The position numbers and the translations under genes are program-made. This document shows, one piece after another, positions 62,669-64,000 of a stretch of 64,000 nucleotides of DNA. This DNA is from an uncultured Gammaproteobacteria bacterium (GTDB lineage Bacteria > Patescibacteriota > Patescibacteriia > 2-12-FULL-60-25): assembly GCA_964596245.1 (NCBI GenBank), contig CAZQSK010000005.1, forward strand, positions 42 through 64,041, written 5' to 3'. Under the pieces are notes generated by a model. The model made no database searches. It was not told the origin of the DNA and was given only the letters and a program-made list of their open reading frames with translations. The first letter of the stretch is position 1. Every line of letters starts with the position of its first letter.

Positions 62669-64000
62669 ATGGGTACCAACACCGTTCGTTCCATCTTCAC
62701 GTTCGTCACGCTGTTCGTCCTCGCGCTCATCCCGACCGTCGGGCGCGCGCAGGACACGGTCATCTCGATGCCGTCGGTTCTACCGATCGCCGGGGCCGCA
62801 GACGAGGTCCTGGCTCAGGAGCTCGATACCGCGCTCCGTCAGGCGATCCGTGCCCGGCCCGGGTGGGTGATGTCGAGCCTCGACATTCGCTTCACCGAGC
62901 TCATCCGCGCCTGCAACGGCGAGGTCGAGACTCCGTCGGACACGTGCCTCATCGGGATGATGGCGGCACGAGATCCCGTGGCCCTCAGTGGCTACGTGAT
63001 CTTCGCCGGACTTGGTCGTCGCGGTGAGGCTGACGCAGCTCAAATGTATCTCACGATGACTTTGATCAATGTCGAAACGCGCCTGCGTGAAGGATTGATC
63101 GAGGTCGAGGTGGAGCGCATCATTTCGCTCGAAGAGCGGAATCGTCTGGCCACCGATTGGGTGAGGCGGCTGGCTCGTCTGGTCGAGCCGGAGCCGGTTC
63201 CACCGGTCATCCCGCTCGCCGCCTCCGGCGTCGGACGTGTCGTCACGATACTCGGCATCGATTCCGTCGAGGGCGACGACTCGTTCGCCTATGCTCTGAC
63301 CGGGGCGCTGCGCACGCAAGCGCGCACCGTTCCGGACTGGGCCGTTTCGGATCGGGAGATCGTGCTCACCCAGCTCGCGTTGGCGCACGACTGCGAGCCG
63401 GTCACCCTCGATTGCCTCCGGGCATGGTCGGTGGATCCCGACTCGGGTGCGAATGGCGACATCATCATCTACGGACGACTGCGTCGTGCCGGAGAAGGTA
63501 CATCGCTGCACCTGCATCTTGAGCTCGCGCTCTTCGATGCAACAGCTGGTCGCATCACACATCGCGTGAGTCGCGACATGACGGTCGAAGAAGTGATGGC
63601 GCCTACACTGCGTACCGCCATCGCGACGGAGATCGTTACGGTGCTGACCGGTGCAGAGAATGCGATGGACGAGAGTCCGATCGAAGAGACCGAAGTCGAG
63701 GAGATCCCCGTTGCGACGGGTAACCCTCACGAGGGCCTCGAGATCGGTGGCATCGCCATGATGGGTCTGGGTGCGGCTTCGGTCGTGCTCGCCTCCGTGT
63801 TCGGAGGTCTCATCATGAGCGCCAACGACGATGCGCGCTTCAACGCCTACCGTTCCACCTGGGACGGCACGCGAGTGAGCGACATCTGTACTGTCGCCGC
63901 GAGCGACATGAGCGCCGACGGTCAGTACGTCGCCGGCCGCTGCAACGAGGCGGCCACCTACGAGATCCTGACCCCGCTTCTGTGGATCCTCGCGGGTTCG
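62669..64000 (+). CDS. GC-rich secreted/membrane-anchored hypothetical protein, 3' end beyond window (not in supplied ORF track)
   Basis: AGGAGG lies 5 nt upstream of ATG 62669. I read 444 codons by hand to the window end with no stop and very high GC3. Signal peptide 'MGTNTVRSIFTFVTLFVLALIPTVGRAQD'. TM helix 'GIAMMGLGAASVVLASVFGGLIM' near nt 63750. Confidence 0.75.
   Translation, partial: MGTNTVRSIFTFVTLFVLALIPTVGRAQDTVISMPSVLPIAGAADEVLAQELDTALRQAIRARPGWVMSSLDIRFTELIRACNGEVETPSDTCLIGMMAARDPVALSGYVIFAGLGRRGEADAAQMYLTMTLINVETRLREGLIEVEVERIISLEERNRLATDWVRRLARLVEPEPVPPVIPLAASGVGRVVTILGIDSVEGDDSFAYALTGALRTQARTVPDWAVSDREIVLTQLALAHDCEPVTLDCLRAWSVDPDSGANGDIIIYGRLRRAGEGTSLHLHLELALFDATAGRITHRVSRDMTVEEVMAPTLRTAIATEIVTVLTGAENAMDESPIEETEVEEIPVATGNPHEGLEIGGIAMMGLGAASVVLASVFGGLIMSANDDARFNAYRSTWDGTRVSDICTVAASDMSADGQYVAGRCNEAATYEILTPLLWILAGS

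Noticed and set aside
62623-63730. Track ORFs 62623-63027 (+) and 62780-63730 (-)
   Set aside because: They are out of frame with, or antisense to, the stop-free, SD-preceded, high-GC3 frame starting at 62669. Their translations are Arg/His/Gly-rich and nonsense-like.

Overview
This 64-kb stretch of a moderate-GC bacterial chromosome covers the replication-origin neighbourhood (rnpA-rpmH <> dnaA-dnaN) and many core genes. These are pbp1A, tig, ychF, ugd, comEC, recA, ftsK, rpoB-rpoC, ruvC, gyrA, ruvA and a FemAB-type transferase. The window also holds a DUF305-csoR-copA copper operon, tRNA-Cys, tRNA-Ala, and the last ~10 kb of a giant Thr-rich/LVIVD-repeat surface-protein gene. The giant adhesin-like ORF, ComEC, FemAB and the SD-less or leaderless backbone starts are reminiscent of Patescibacteria/CPR, but that is inference only. 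The most unusual feature is a mosaic. At least eight GC-rich, high-GC3 blocks of mostly function-unknown genes sit between housekeeping genes. Almost every gene in them has a canonical GGAGG-type Shine-Dalgarno, whereas backbone genes mostly lack one. Several blocks are driven by backbone-style TTGACAAAA-type promoters and closed by backbone-style terminators. The blocks are: (1) 9965-10909; (2) 24710-26124, a lipoprotein with Cys/Asp-rich repeats as in Myxococcota; (3) 30322-35175, eight ORFan genes with thrice-repeated intergenic RNA modules; (4) 43173-44232, two unrelated ORFans in near-identical promoter/terminator shells; (5) 48274-49662, an HExxH protein plus a SAM methyltransferase; (6) 51256-51972, an orphan pyrF; (7) 58641-59602, two overlapping ORFans next to tRNA-Ala; (8) 62669-64000, a secreted/membrane ORF absent from the supplied ORF track. 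I could not assign a function to most island genes, so the 'novel system' candidates are structural observations and not functional claims. No CRISPR array, rRNA, transposase, integrase or reverse transcriptase was recognised.
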